A DNA stretch of 64,000 nt from Mobula hypostoma (Eukaryota). Where the stretch lies: contig NC_086097.1 in NCBI RefSeq assembly GCF_963921235.1, positions 58,158,001 through 58,222,000 of the forward strand, read 5' to 3'. A program made the translations under genes and the position numbers. Every line of letters starts with the position of its first letter. Within the stretch, counting starts at the first letter, position 1. The notes under the pieces are model-generated. The model saw nothing but the letters and a program-made list of their open reading frames with translations, was not told the origin of the DNA and searched no databases. Shown piece by piece: positions 40,276-54,317 of this stretch.

Positions 40276-40621
40276 TTGCATGCTTGCAGGGATAAGTACC
40301 AGGAGGGTGATGGGTAGGGAGTCCACAATTAATTTCTTGTTCTTGCTGACATTCAATGTGAGGCTATTGTTACAACCCCACTTAATTGCTGATCTATATC
40401 ATTCATGCATGCCTCTTCAACACCGTCTAAGGTTTTGCCAACAAAATGGTGTCACCAACAAACTTATAGATGGTATTTGAGCCACAGCTGCTGCTTGACC
40501 CTTCAGTGGATGTACCATTCAGATCAAAGAAGCCCACTTGATAGGTACCTCACTAATTGCTCTAAACGTACAATCCTGTAGCACTAGCATCATCAGCTGT
40601 AGTGTGTACAGTCGACACAGT

Positions 40622-41142
40622 TGTCAGTACCTCCAGTTGAACCTAGTCTTTTTGTGTGCTTCCCCCTAGCTGTCAGTCTGTGGTTTTGTATTGCCATGTG
40701 CTCTTGTTTGTTTTCATGCCCCATGTGCTCTTGTCCCTGCTCCTGCTCTACTCTGGCCCATGTATTACTGAGTACTCCGTCTCTCACCTGTTTCTCATTA
40801 TTACCTGTATTGCTGCCACCTGTGTCTCATTGTGCTCCACCTATCATCTGCCTGTCTGTTTATTGCTCAGTGTATTTCAGTACTGTGTTTTCACCTGTTT
40901 GTTGCCAGATTCTGCCAGGGAATTTTCCTGAGCCCTTCCAGCATTCATATCTGTACTCTGTCCATCTGAATATTGACTCTGCCTCTTTCCCGATTCTTGT
41001 TTTTGGATTTCTCTGGATGTTTTGATCTCTGCCTGAACTTTGACACTGACTTTGTTTACACCTCGGGATTTATTACTCAGTTAATATCACTGTGTGCACA
41101 GTACTGGGTCTGCGATTGGATCTCTGCTCCAGCGTCCTGATA
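40622..41142 (+). mobile_element. Gypsy-type solo LTR
   Basis: TGTCA...CCTGATA ends; 5-bp flanks acagt/acaat; repeated CACCTG boxes and pyrimidine-rich body like fish Gypsy LTRs. Confidence 0.75.
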
Positions 41143-41159
41143 ACAATGCACTATAGTTA

Positions 41160-41835
41160 GGATGAAATAGGATGAAAGGATGAAATATCTTTATTGTCAT
41201 TGCATAGTACAATTTGTCATACATCGATACAGTGAAAATGAGTTTGCAACTCTCATACTCAATGCTATAAAACAATAAATAAAATCAAGTAACCAGCCAG
41301 TACAAGCAATGTCCAGCAGTACAAAAGCACAACTCAGATGCATGACAGCCACAAAACCAGTATTAAAGTAGCAATATAACAAATTTATGGATGATGCTTG
41401 ATCGATTGGTTCAGAGCAATTATAGCTCTGGGGAAGAAGCTATTTTTCAGTCTGGAAGTGCGGGCATAGAAAATCTTATAACGTCTGCCAGATGGAAGAA
41501 GTTCAAACAGATGATTGCATGGGTGTGTGTTGTACTTACAGATGCTTGTAGCTTTCCTTAGGCAGCGAGAGCTGTTGGTGTCCTCCAGGGCTGGGAGCTG
41601 TGTCCCGATGATCTTCTGTGCGTTAGAGACGACCTGCTGAAGTGCTTTCCCATCAGCTGTTGTACAACTGAGATACCACACAGAGATGCAGTATGTTAAG
41701 ATGCTCTCTGTGGTGCAGCGGTAAAAGGTCACCAGCATCTGTTCAGGTAGACCAGCTTTCTTCAGTGTCCTGAGGAAAAACAAGCATTGCTGTGCTTTCT
41801 TAGCTATTATTGTGGTGTTAGTGGACCATGTATTA
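41160..41835 (-). mobile_element. Rex1/Babar LINE, 5'-truncated
   Basis: ORF 41385-41840 TWSTNT..KKAQQCLFFLRTLKK..FYRCTTESILTYCI..LLPSGRRY..RLKNSFFPRAI. (TTTCATCC)n tail. Confidence 0.92.
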
Positions 41836-44269
41836 TTCATCTAGGCTACTCTGACAGCATCTTCCAAACCAGTGTTAGTTAAATGTCTGCAATGGACTTC
41901 AACTCATTGCAAATCCCTTTAAGGTAGAGGAAAGAACTACAAGAGCACTAGCCAGATTAACGCAGGTTCACATTCACATTAACTAAGAAGAACAAGATTC
42001 CTTCGGTATTTTGTTTTCTTTAAATCTTTTCCTTTGTCTCACCAAAGTCCACATTCCATGGACACTGCACTTAGTGGGCACCGTAGTTTCTGCTCAGACA
42101 TGCTCTGTTTGGCAGAACCCACTGACTTATATCCACATTCCACAAACTCTGACTCCACTGACAGTAACTTCAGTTCACCAATTCTTGCCAGTTACTAATT
42201 TAACTGTGTAAGGAACCTCACTGGCACTTATCCTTACTTACTACTGCAAATGAAAACTACTTGATTAGGAAAGTCTGACCGTAAAACTAACAAACAAATA
42301 AATACCTTCCTCAACAAAGTCTACACTCTGTGGGTGTTGTACACAGTGGCTGTGTATGCTCTGAATTTTTTTGCAGTGTTTGAAGTTTTAAAATCAAAAC
42401 AGTTGAACATACACCCAAGTGAGGTGGTTATCTATAAGGATTGCCATAATTTATGTTTATAAATATTGTTGCTTAAAAATGTCTAGTTCATTATTTTTAT
42501 TTTGGCTGTACCTCTTCCATCCCTTTCCTGAAAAGATGCATTTTTTTTTCTGGTTGCAAATGTGAAGTTTTGTTCTCAAATCTGAGAATAACCATATGCG
42601 CAGTGATTCAAAGTGTGTGTATCAAACTCAACAGATGTCTAGCTATCCTGGAAGAGCATTTCAGGATAAGAGAAAAAATATGTTTTAAAATGTAATCTGA
42701 TAATCAACTGCTTTCTATCAACTATATTTCTTCAGGATTTTTAGAAAAATCATATCATTAAGTGGAAGTAATAGGAAATTGTTTCATTAAAAATTATGTG
42801 GCACACATGAAGTATCAAATATCTTAATGCATGTCAACTCCTATTGGATAAAGAGTGAAAACTTTCTACTTGTTGCTTGTGCTATTAAGTACATAATTGT
42901 TTGAAAATTTAAAAAATATAATATTTCTGTCCTAGACCAATGAAATTCAATACAAAATTAAAGTTGAAAGTAGAATCCAACAACAACTCTGGAAATGACC
43001 AGAGATAGATTTAAGTTAGTGAGGTGTAAAATACAGTATTAGCTTCTGCTGTGTGGGTAGGTTAGATTTTAAAACATCTAATTAGTTTACATATGAATTA
43101 TAATTTACATATTATCTCAGTCCTTCATTGTTATTGTTTATTAAGGTTGTTCGCTGCTCTACAGAGAGAATTTCAAATAATATTGACTTTTATCAAAACG
43201 GCTGTTGAACCTGGACAAGATTCTAAGAGGAATAGACGCCAATGAGCTAGTTTCTAGCTTTTGTGCTATTATATTTAAAATTGATATAATCCTAACGTAT
43301 GAATTTCAGATCAACTTATAATTTTACGATCAAGAGAAGAGAAGTGATTTAATGTTCTTGACTCATTCATGCTGGTAGCAGAGTCCAGCCTGACTGAGTT
43401 TCATTTTTCCATTTTGCTAACCATTAATAGTTGCTATGTTCAAGAAAATATTTTGAACATATTGGCTGGTATTATGTACCTATCTCTATTCTATTACATA
43501 CTCATATTATATCTACACACAACACTGTAAGAGGCCAGTTCCCATTATAAATGAATGTTTCACTGCATTTAAGGTTATCAGTATTAACAAGTCCTATCTA
43601 CAATTTGAATACACTTCAGTTGCAATGATCAAGAAACCCCCACTGCTTTAACATTGTTAGAAGTTTAAGAAGATGAAGGATAGACAGGCAAGCAGGCCGT
43701 TTGTCCACTTGCATCTTCCTATTTAATAACTGCTACCTTCCAGCACTTATCCCCTGATTGTCTGAACGTTCAAAAGTCAATTGCTCCCTGTCTCAATTAA
43801 AATCAGCAACTGAACCTGTACAGCACAATACGCTTGGGTAAAGGATTCTGAAATGTTGCTGCACTCTGTACTCTGCCTTGAGCAGCCAACTCTGAGTTTC
43901 AGACACTGATCTCTGGCTAGAGACACTGCAGCCAGGGCAATTACACTGTCAAGTCCCAAAAGAATATTGAACCTGAGATTGCTGGTTATCTATAATTACA
44001 GAGTTCACTGTTTCATACTGTGAATAGATCAGGCAGAAGATGAAATGCTGTTTCTCAAGCTTAGGTCAAACTTTGTGGGACAGCAGAAGTGGCCAAGATT
44101 AAGGAGGTCTGAGTAGGATGGAGAATTAAAATAACAGGTGTCTGGCAGCTCAGCTTCCCTTCGCTGTTGTGTAAAACAATTACCAATGGAGAGGGCACCA
44201 CCTTGTAAGCATCAAATTGTTGTAACCACGTTGTAATCACACTAAATTCAGAGACATACAAATGAAATT

Positions 44270-44680
44270 CTGCCTCATCTTGAAGGAATGAATAGGAACC
44301 TTAATCTTGGAAAGGGAAGAGGTAAAAGAGCAAGTGTTCATCTCCTATAGTTGCATGGAACGTGTCATGAGAAGCACAGTACACAGGGGAACTGTCAAGC
44401 AAGCAATCCCTTTGGATTGCTGAAGGAGGAAGGCAGTGCTGGAATCATGTTAGAAGTGGGAGAAATAATGCAGAATGATTCTTTGAACTCAGAAGCTGAT
44501 AGGTTGGAAGATGAAGACAAGCAGCAAAGGAGATCCACATTTACGCTCTTGGTGCAGCAAGAATGAGTGAAAAGTAAATTGTAGGAATGAGAACGTGGTT
44601 TGAAACAATTGCTACCAAAGATGCTGCCTGACTGGGTGAGTATTTACTTGGTTTTCTGTCTTTACTCTCAGAGGTCAGTC
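44270..44680 (-). mobile_element. Decayed Penelope fragment
   Basis: Residual similarity to the GIY-YIG-proximal region; pLTR remnant at 44620-44665. Confidence 0.45.
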
Positions 44681-47291
44681 AGCCTCCAGAGAAGCAAACA
44701 TTGAAAGGCATGCATTTCAATAGAATTGCAAAATTGTTACAGATGGAATAGCTGCTTGAAAGAAAAGCAAGACCTTGGTAGATGACATTAAAAGTTATTT
44801 GAGCAAAGCTGTGAAAAATAACATGTAAATAATGGTAATACTGAACTGCCCACTAAATAGCAAAAGAGTAAGATTGATCATATTAATATCTGTCATATCT
44901 GCAGCATTTTTGCTTTTTGAATATTCCGTTCTCAATATGATTCATTCTATTTAAATACATAACGTCATTAAACTGATGACCAAGGTTGCCCTTGTCATGG
45001 CTGATTGGCCTTCGTTCATCTGAAACTAAACATTAATGCTCCATTAAGTCATGCAGCCTCCCTCTGGAGCATAATTCCACCACATTATAGCATGGCATCA
45101 ATCCACCAAGTAACTGATTTGCTCTCTTTAACTGTTCTCAATCCCTTGTGCATACTAGCTCGTGGTTCCTCGTTGCACACATACTGTTTCCTTCTTCACT
45201 TGCACAAAGAGGACAGTCTCCCAGTGACCTAAACCTTCCTTTAACCGGCCACTTTTTCTATCCCTGCTGTTTTCAACCTGACCTCATCGTCAGCCCCCAG
45301 TATCCAGACAAAGCTCAAAATTCAGGAATAGGATCTAACTTTAATTTTCTGAGTGTTCTGTGGCTTTCTGAGTGGAACTCAGAGTTATTCCAGATTTTGT
45401 CCACGTCTTCAAGTTAAATTACAGTATTGGCTGTGCTGATGCAATTTGAAATAGTCAGGGCTGGGAAAGATAAATATGTATTTTGGGGCACAAGAGACCC
45501 TTCAGCAGGTTATAATGCAGGTTGAGTGACCTGCCAAAGGATAGTTTCCTCAAAATGAGAAATAAGTCTTTAGAACCCAGGTTTAAAACACAAGACATTT
45601 CAGGTCATTATGGGTCTAGATTGTTCTATGTTCATGGTTGTATTTCCGTACTTCATGTTGTTACAAAACAAGAAACAGACATTTTCTGCAGCGATCCCCT
45701 TTAGGTAACTCACATTCATCCAAAGCTACAAGAGTGAGTCAGACAATTAATTCCCTGATAGAAAGATTATGGGGATGCTAAAGTTACTGTGAGTACTAGA
45801 CTCTTTTGTTGGTTCTGGATTCTGGACTGATAACGTCCTTCATCATCCTTTATTCTGTAAGTAAATACAAAACCGAAGTGGAATTGTACTGTATCATATG
45901 AGATAGCGAGATAATGAAACGTATGGTTTCTTTTGGAGTCATGCCAGTAAAATAAAACTATACACATTAATCACTGCGATCCAACAAGTTCAACAGCTGA
46001 AATTCCTTTTTACATTAGAAAGTGAAACAGTGAGGATATGATGATTATCTGTACTCTTTGAAGGTTTTTTGCTGCCTTGAGGATTAGTGTGCCTTGCTGC
46101 ACAAGCAGTTTCCAGTATTAAAAATTAATCTCATTGTGACAGATACAATACCTACAGTGTCTATGTATCACCTTTGCAAACACCAAGGCTCTCAGATGGC
46201 TAAAGTTCTTTTTTTTTTAATTGGAATTCTGTTTGTTAATTACGGTTAGAAGTTAAAAAAAGGGAAACTTTTGTAATCCAAGTTGTCTTGCTTGATTTTG
46301 AAATCTTAGTATCCTACTTACTTGAGGTGAAGATTCCAGTTCATATTAATATTGATATTCAGATATTTTTGATATTCAGGTCTTTTTTAGAAACTGATTT
46401 CCTTTAAGGAACATATCAGATTATCTAATCTAGTTAAAGATACCAAGTCCAACTATCTAGTATAATTCAAGCAGGCTATAGATTTCTGCATATTGGATTG
46501 TCCTGGATCTTGCTGCTTGAGGTCCTGCCAGCCTACATTTAATTTTTTAAATGTGGTGACCTGAATTAACTGACTCTCTACGCCCTACAAGGTGGAGCAG
46601 TGTCTGAGTGGCACATAAAACTGTTTTATTCTGAAACCTAATCTCTGAAAAGATCTGACACCTTCTAATTGATTGCCCACTGATAAAGACAGCAAAGTTT
46701 TGGATGTCCTTCATGTTTAGTGACCCATAAAAAGTAGCCCCAAAATGGACTTAAACAACTAAACAAATTATTAGTAAAGTGAAAAGAACTTAAAAACACA
46801 TTTAAATGTTAACACCTAACTTGGAAAGATTAAAAAAATACAAAGTACTAGGCACTACCAAGTTCAGTACTGATGTTTCTCCACAGTATCAGACGGATGG
46901 GGTAGCCAGTGGTACTCCTGCCCTCCCTGGCATAAAGCTGGGGGCTGGGTGTGAAGTGCATCTGGAACTTCCTTCAGTGAGTAACTGCTCTGTCCCAGGG
47001 ATCCATGGAGTCTCGTGAATTGGCATCTCACACCCCCCACCCCCCAAGCTCGTCACATACTTCCATCTTCCACCACTCGCATGCAGTCAGTCACAGAATG
47101 CTCTACACTTGCACTGGCTCCAGCCTTCGTGATTTTAAATGCCTTTATCAGATCTTGTTACAAGGAGAGCAACACCGATTTCTGCAGTATTTCTACATAA
47201 CCGAAGCCCTTCCTGGAATCATTTTGGTAAATTTCTTCTGACAAAAGATTCATGTTTTACACTGTCTTGTTATTAGACCAGAGAAAAAATA

Positions 47292-47430
47292 TTCAGTCCT
47301 GATGAAGGGTCTTGGCCCAAATCATCGACAGTTTACTCTTTTTCATAGATGCTGCCTGGCCTACTGAGTTCCTCCGGCATTTTGTATGTTTTGCTTGGAT
47401 TTCCAGCATCTGCAGATTTTCTCTTGTTTG
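47292..47430 (+). mobile_element. Solo Penelope pLTR beginning at a degenerate hammerhead
   Basis: agtcctgatgaagggtcttggccc...gatgctgcctggcctactgagttcctcc; homologous to 59500-59633. Confidence 0.85.
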
Positions 47431-47649
47431 AAAAAGTATACACCCTTCTTTAGTAGTTTCCTCTGATCTATACTGTAGATATCTCTGAGTAAAACTTACC
47501 AGCTCTCTTAAAATAGTCTAAGTTGTTTCCCAACTACTTTACACACTACCATTTTTTTGGTATCTTTTGTTCCATTTTCTAAGATGTTCTTTGCTACAAA
47601 AACCAACCAATCTCACTTATGATACTTTCTTTCTTCTAATTACACAATG

Positions 47650-48360
47650 CTTAGAACTTAGAACAGTAGAGCACAAAGTTTGTGAAGACTTTTTAACCTG
47701 CTCCACAATCAATCTAACCATTCTCTCCCACACAGCCCATACCCCTTCATTTTTCTTTCATCTATGTGCATGAGTGTCTCTTAGGTGTCTCCAGTACATC
47801 ATCTCCTACCACCACCCCTAGTAACACATTTCCATACATCTACCACTCCCTCTTTTTAAATACCTATCTGTGATAGTTCCTGTAAACCTTCCTCCACTCA
47901 CTTTAATAGGAAGTCTTCTGGTGTTAGCCATTGATGCCTTGGGAAAAAAGCCGACGGTTGTCCTACCTGTCTATGCTTCACTATGTTATACATCTCTATC
48001 AAGACACATCTCACCTTCCATTGCTTCAAAGAGAAAAGCTCCACTTCTCTCAAACTTTTCTCATAAGACATGATCTCTAATCAAGGCAATATCCTGGTAA
48101 GTCTCCTCTGCACCCTCTCAAAAATGCCCACATCCTTCTTATAATGAGGTGACCAGAACAAAACACAATGGTCCAAGTGTACTCTAACCACAGTTTTATA
48201 AAGCTACAACATTACCTTGAGGCTTTTGAACTCAACCCCTCAACTAATGAAGGCCAACACACCATATGCCTTCTTAACCATTCTATCAACTTGCGTAGTG
48301 ACTTTAAGATATCCATGGACTTGGAACACAAGATCCCTCTGTTCTTCCACACTGCTAAGA
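47650..48360 (-). mobile_element. CR1 3' fragment
   Basis: ttagaacttagaac tail; antisense of the RT C-terminal region. Confidence 0.8.
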
Positions 48361-48976
48361 ATCATTTTCCTCCACACTTCTTAATTAGATGAGAAGATTC
48401 CATTTTTCTTTTACCCTCTCTTTGAAACATCTTCCTGGTTTCTTTCCCTATTAATTTAGCACAGATTTTGAAATCATCCTTATTCTTCAATCAGCTCAAG
48501 AGGAAACATTTTGATCCCCGAACCATTATTCAGAATCACTCTTAAAACTGGTTCTTTCTTCCCCCCACCCCCAACCTCCTAAACATAAAAGTATATGTGC
48601 CAAGCTTACACAACTTGTTCCATTTTCGTGGGTCTGTCAGCCATCTTCTCAGACTGAAGTAGACACAGAGTTGCGAGAAGTTCAGTGACTTTGCATAAGT
48701 AACATTGTACTTAGGACTGACCTTGGCTCTCCAGTTGGAGGCTGGTCAAGGACCTGTGCTATGAGAGATAATTGCTTTCCCATTGTAATATTGCCTTTTT
48801 GAGCTTAAGACCAATATCCCACAAATATTTTTAGTGCGTTTTCAATACCTACTCATTAGCTTTTAGCTGTTTTATATGAGGAGACCAAGTTTAACAGCTC
48901 ACAAAAATGGATCAGAGCTTTATCAGGTGTGAAGATCAGACAGGATCTGTATTTTTTGCCTGCTCAGTGGAGTGCC

Positions 48977-48990
48977 GTTACCATGGCAAC
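48977..48990. promoter_or_regulatory. Perfect RFX X-box
   Basis: GTTACCATGGCAAC matches GTNRCC-N(0-3)-RGYAAC and is immediately followed by TAATTA. Confidence 0.55.
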
Positions 48991-50051
48991 TAATTAAATG
49001 GACTTTTTTCAAAAATCACCTGGACACCTCATTAGGAGGCCAACAGTGACTATTAGATAGTCACTATTGAAGCTGCTTGAAATGAGCTGCCCCCATTAAA
49101 AGGAGGAGGAACTATATAGCTGAAACAGGTGCTGGCATGAAGGAGAAAACGATGCAAGACAAGTACAGGTGAGCTCTGTATTCATTAGATGGTGCACTGA
49201 GGTAGAAAGTAGAAGAATGATCAGGACAGCTTCTGGCCAGGAAGACATCCAAACACAAAGAGAGAAAGAAGTGGATGATATCCCTGAGTTATATCTGTAT
49301 ACAAGCTCCAAGGATGGGAACATAATGATTCTAGAAGTTAAATGAACTTGTGCAACTGACAAAAACCTGTTGATACTGTCACTTAGCAACTGCACTGCTG
49401 GCTCCGGGCTCCAATCAATTCTCCAAGAAGTTCTCAGTTGCCTGCAGTTTGTGGCAACCAGGACTTGTACCAGAAGTCTAGCAGGAAGATGATGATGAAG
49501 GGTCACCCTCAATAGATTTCAAACATTTTGCAGCTAGACTGGAGGCACCCATGAGGTACCTATCATGTACCATCCTTTGAATTGAACTGTGTCTGGGCTA
49601 GGATGGCCTGTTAAGTGTATACATATCCCCACGTCCAGCAATGGGCAAATTACCTTGTGCGTGCTCAGGGGAGATAAAGCCAAGGGAATACCTTAATAGA
49701 AAGCTCCCATTGCCCAGTGGGGCATCTTGGTGAAAAATGTGACTACGGCAGTAAACCCTTCTGGAAAATAAAGAGTGGATCCCTGTAGGTGGTCTGACGG
49801 CATCCTGTAATCATCCTGGTAGTTTCTGCATTCAGATATTTCCTGATATCTTGACTTAGACTTGCCACTTGAACCAGATATGCCTGGATGAGAGAAAGGG
49901 GTTGCATCTGTGCAAAGCCACCAGCTTTGGTAATAATGTTATACACAATTTAGAGACCAAAGTCATCTTGATACTCATAAGCCCCACCCTATGGGCAGCT
50001 TTGTTCTGAATTTTACAATACTAATACTCTTTGCCCTTTCACAATTCCTAT

Positions 50052-50958
50052 GTGGGTTGGCAAGTTTACAGATGACACAAAGGTTGGTGGTGTTGTAGAT
50101 AGTGTAGAGGATTGTCAAAGGTTGCAGAGAGACATTGATAGGATGCAGGGGTGGGCTGAGAAGTGGCAGATGGAGTTCAACCCGGAGAAGTGTGAGGTGG
50201 TACACTTTGGAAGGACAAACTCCAAGGCAGAGTACAAAGTAAATGGCAGGATACTTGGTAGTGTGGAGGAGCAGAGGGATCTCGGGGTACATGTCCACAG
50301 ATCCCTGAAAGTTGCCTCACAGGTGGATAGGGTAGTTAAGAAAGCTTATGGGATGTTAGCTTTCATAAGTCGAGGGATAGAGTTTAAGAGTCGCAATGTA
50401 ATGATGCAGCTCTATAAAACTCTGGATAGGCCAGACTTGGAGTACTGTGTCCAGTTCTGGTCGCAGCATTGGACCAGATGTGGAAGCGTTGGAAAGGGTA
50501 CAGAGGAAATTTACCAGGATGCTGCCTACTTTAGAGAGTATGCACTATGATCAGAAATTAAGGGAGCTAGGGCTTTACTCTTTGGAGAGAAGGAGGATGA
50601 GAGGAGACATGATAGAGGTGTACAAGATAATAAGAGGAATAGATAGAGTGGATAGCCAGCGCCTCTTCCCCAGGGCACCACTGCTCAATACAGAAGGACA
50701 TGGCTTTAAGGTAAGGGGTGGGAAGTTCAAGGGGGATATTAGAGGAAGTTTTTTTACTCAGAGAGTGGTTAGTGCGTGGAATGCACTGCCTGAGTCAGTG
50801 GTGGAGGCAGATACACTGGTGAAGTTTAAGAGACTACTAGACAGGTATATGGAGGAATTTAAGGTGGGGGGGGTTACATGGGAGGCAGGGTTTGAGGGCC
50901 GGCACAACATTGTGGGCCGAAGGGCCTAAACTGTGCTGTACTATTCTATGTTCTATGT
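50052..50958 (+). mobile_element. 5'-truncated CR1, same subfamily as 13541-17635
   Basis: Colinear and highly similar to 16728-17635; (TTCTATG)n tail. Confidence 0.97.
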
Positions 50959-53079
50959 TGTCGCCTTTAAGAAAGTAATCTGATTTTTCTTCACCATTTA
51001 GTGTATGCTGCCAATAATTTGTGCATTAATGATTTTATCTCATTGGCCACCATGCAGAACCTGTTAATTCATATTTAATGCTTGCCCTGGTGAATCATCT
51101 TTTGATTACAGGCATTTGAACTTGTGTTCACTTTGAATGAAAACAAACATTTTCGGTCGGATCGTATCATTAAACATTCTATCTGCATTTTCTTTCCATT
51201 AGTTCAATCGTTTACAAGTTAACTAATATTTTTACTGCAGATTGATTTTGTAGGTGGATGATTTTACCAAATGCTAGGGCAGGAATGTTCCATTGATTCT
51301 ATTTCTATTCATGACTGTGAATTTTAATTTTCAGATACAATCTAATTTTCTGTTATGCTACTTCGTGGTTGACAATCTTTGTTATTTTGCATTTCAGTTT
51401 GTGAGTAAGATCAGCAAATCAGTACTGACTGGTGAGAAGGTTGTGGGTGGGCCAACAGGGACCGAGGTTGTGGCACTGAGTTTCACACTTGCATGTACAA
51501 CTCATCTTACCAGCTAACAAAAGCCCAGCTTATCAATATGAATGTTTTTGAGTTTGCTTCCCAGAGGTGTTTATACCACTGATGTTTAACCCCTACTGGA
51601 TGATATGGCATCAGTATTGCCATTGTAGGGTAGGCAAGTTACAGATTTGCTCCACGATAGTAAATGAGGGAATGCTTGAGAAAGAACTTATGACTTGATT
51701 AAATAGCAAGTATAAACAGGAATCAAAAGTAGGGAAAAAAAGCCATTCATTTCTTGCTGGCCTGACAGACTCGATTGCTGCTGAGAAGCGTAATTTTTGT
51801 GCCATTGTAGCTCTTGAAATCTGAGCATTATTTACTAAAGATTTCCAAGCTTTAACATTTCAATTAGATTTCCTTTGGTTTGTTGAACAGGGTATAATTT
51901 ATTTATTTTCATATCCTGGGTTACAGATAATTTATAGTACTGCTGCTTTGAAGTCATTGAATTGTTTTTGCCATTAAAGTGACTTGGCTGTTTTGGCTTG
52001 TTATTACAGATCTTCATATTTACTCTCTTCAAATGTTTGGATCTTTCAGCAATGTATACCTTGGATGCTGCAAGTAGTTCTAGCCCACTGCCTGGTGTGT
52101 AAACTTATTGGGAACATATTCCTTGAATGTTGAGTGTTCTGTCTTATACTGATCCTTTTCAGCTCCTGTGCACTATTTACAATTAGTTTCTTTTGTTTTC
52201 TATCTTTTCTTTAGTTCACATTATGTGAAATTTGTCCAATGTCCTTGTTTTTTTTTGCCAAGCAACGGCATCTTTAGCTGATTATATTGCATATCCCCTT
52301 TATTACTGTATTTGTTCATCATATAGTTACCTAAAATCTGTCTGGATAAGTTCAATGTTGGAATGTAAGCAAATCACCTCACTAATCCCTGTGTGTTCAT
52401 ATGTGGGCATAGTTTTTTGAAAAGTTGTTTGCAATACCAGGATGTTGCCACAAAGGGGTGCCCTTGTGCTTTGCTAGTCTTCTGTTTTTAATAGACTGGA
52501 TCACATGGACCTTCCCCATGCATTTGCTGTGCTGCATGGTTGGTGTTCTTGGTTCTGATAATGTGATTTCTACAAATTGATAGCTGGCAAATTACTCAGT
52601 CCAAAAATGCACATAAATTTAATCTTAACGCACAATTAGAAAGGAAACACTGCAGAGTTAATGACTGTTTGTCCAATAGCTAATTTAGCTCTCACTCATT
52701 AGTTCACACAGGAACACTTCCAAAGTAAATGGCTGAACAATGCCATCACTGCCTATTAATACAATTGTCTAAAGCAGGAGAAATGGATAAATAGAAAAAA
52801 AATATTAAATTTAATCATTCTTCAGCTTGTCTCATTTGCCTCACACCCGCTTTGGAACATGTATTTTAAACTGACACGTAACTACAGAGTTGTGCCAGTG
52901 TTGGACAAGCATTACTTAGCTTCCACCCCATTTCTGAGTTGGCTAAGATGTTTAGCAAAGAAGTATGAACCAAAAGAAAACGCGATGAAATTATCTAAAT
53001 GCTGAACCATTTGCCGTGAGCTAATTTTTTTTAAAATAGTGTAATTTAACATTTTGGTACATGTAAAGTAGTGAATGAC

Positions 53080-53410
53080 ATTGTCTGCAAGAGTCAGACT
53101 TGGGCATGCTCTGGAAGAAAGGGGTGAACTGAAGATGGCAGTAGTGTTGATTGAATTGCAAACATTCCAGATGTTCTTATTGAAGCTCAGTCAACTCAAT
53201 GTCGGTCATCTCGTCCTGACATTGTGCTGGACTGCTAGAGTTGGGCAGGAATAAACAACCATATAGACAGAGTTGTTGGAATACATGGTGGTTGCCACTT
53301 GGAGAGGATCCATTAGTAGCATTGAACTGATCTCATCCACTCTAGAGGACATCAAATTGGGGTTTCATTGAAAAGAAGGCACACCCAAGAGAAGTGTTTG
53401 GAAATGGTGC
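53080..53410 (-). mobile_element. Ancient LINE (CR1/L2) RT fragment
   Basis: Residual motifs only. Confidence 0.4.
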
Positions 53411-54317
53411 AGGAAATTTAGATTAATGCACCAGAAATTTCAGTGCACTTGTAAAATAGCAGCATACTGTGAAAGAAACACAGGAATCATTACCCAACTT
53501 TTTAATGTTGCGTTTTTGGATGGCAACAATCCAAGCAGTGAAGATCTTGTATAGTTTGTAATTCAGCAACTTTACTGCCCAAGTCCAAGGCACGACCTCT
53601 ATATTGGAAAAATAAATAAAACTTCCTAGAATCTTCATCCAGACTTTAAAACAGCATTTCTTTAAAGGTCAATAAGATCTCTAGCAATTGGATGTTTTCA
53701 GAAGAAGGATCAGATAATTGAAGATTAAATATAACATACAATTTTAAAAAGTGATTCAAATTTGGAATGTCTTGAGTAAATAGGAAAAAATCTACAAAAT
53801 GAAAGATAATGGCATACTCCCACATGACAGCAGTGGTGGTCATTGAACTGTTTGTATTGGAAATACAACTCACTTCAAAAGTAACTTTTTGGCTATAATG
53901 TGCTTTAAGGAGACCTAAGCTTATTTACAGACGACAGTGCACATGTGCCAGCTGAAGTCCATTTGGTCTGGTTGCTCGTCATTGTCAAACCATCTCTTGA
54001 TGCACATCTGGTTTATAAAGAAAGGGCATCTGGCAGGTTCACAGCGCCAAAGGATTATTGACTCTGCTCTAAAAACAACTTTCTGTCACCTTTCCAAATT
54101 GTTTTCCAGAAACTTCTAACTAGAACATTTAACACATTTGCATATAGTAAGGCCAGAGTGAGGATTTCCAGCTGGTATATTTGTATAACTACTCACCATA
54201 TTGTATCACCTCAGTGGGCATCAAATACACAAAGCTGAGCTAGAAACAGCCAATGTCACTTTCACTGGGGTTAATATCGTTATGCAATGCAAGTCTGAGC
54301 TTGTAAATATAGATGCT

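Noticed and set aside
45713..45860. Minus-strand exon-like segment with plausible acceptor and donor
   Set aside because: No open frame throughout and no recognisable protein.
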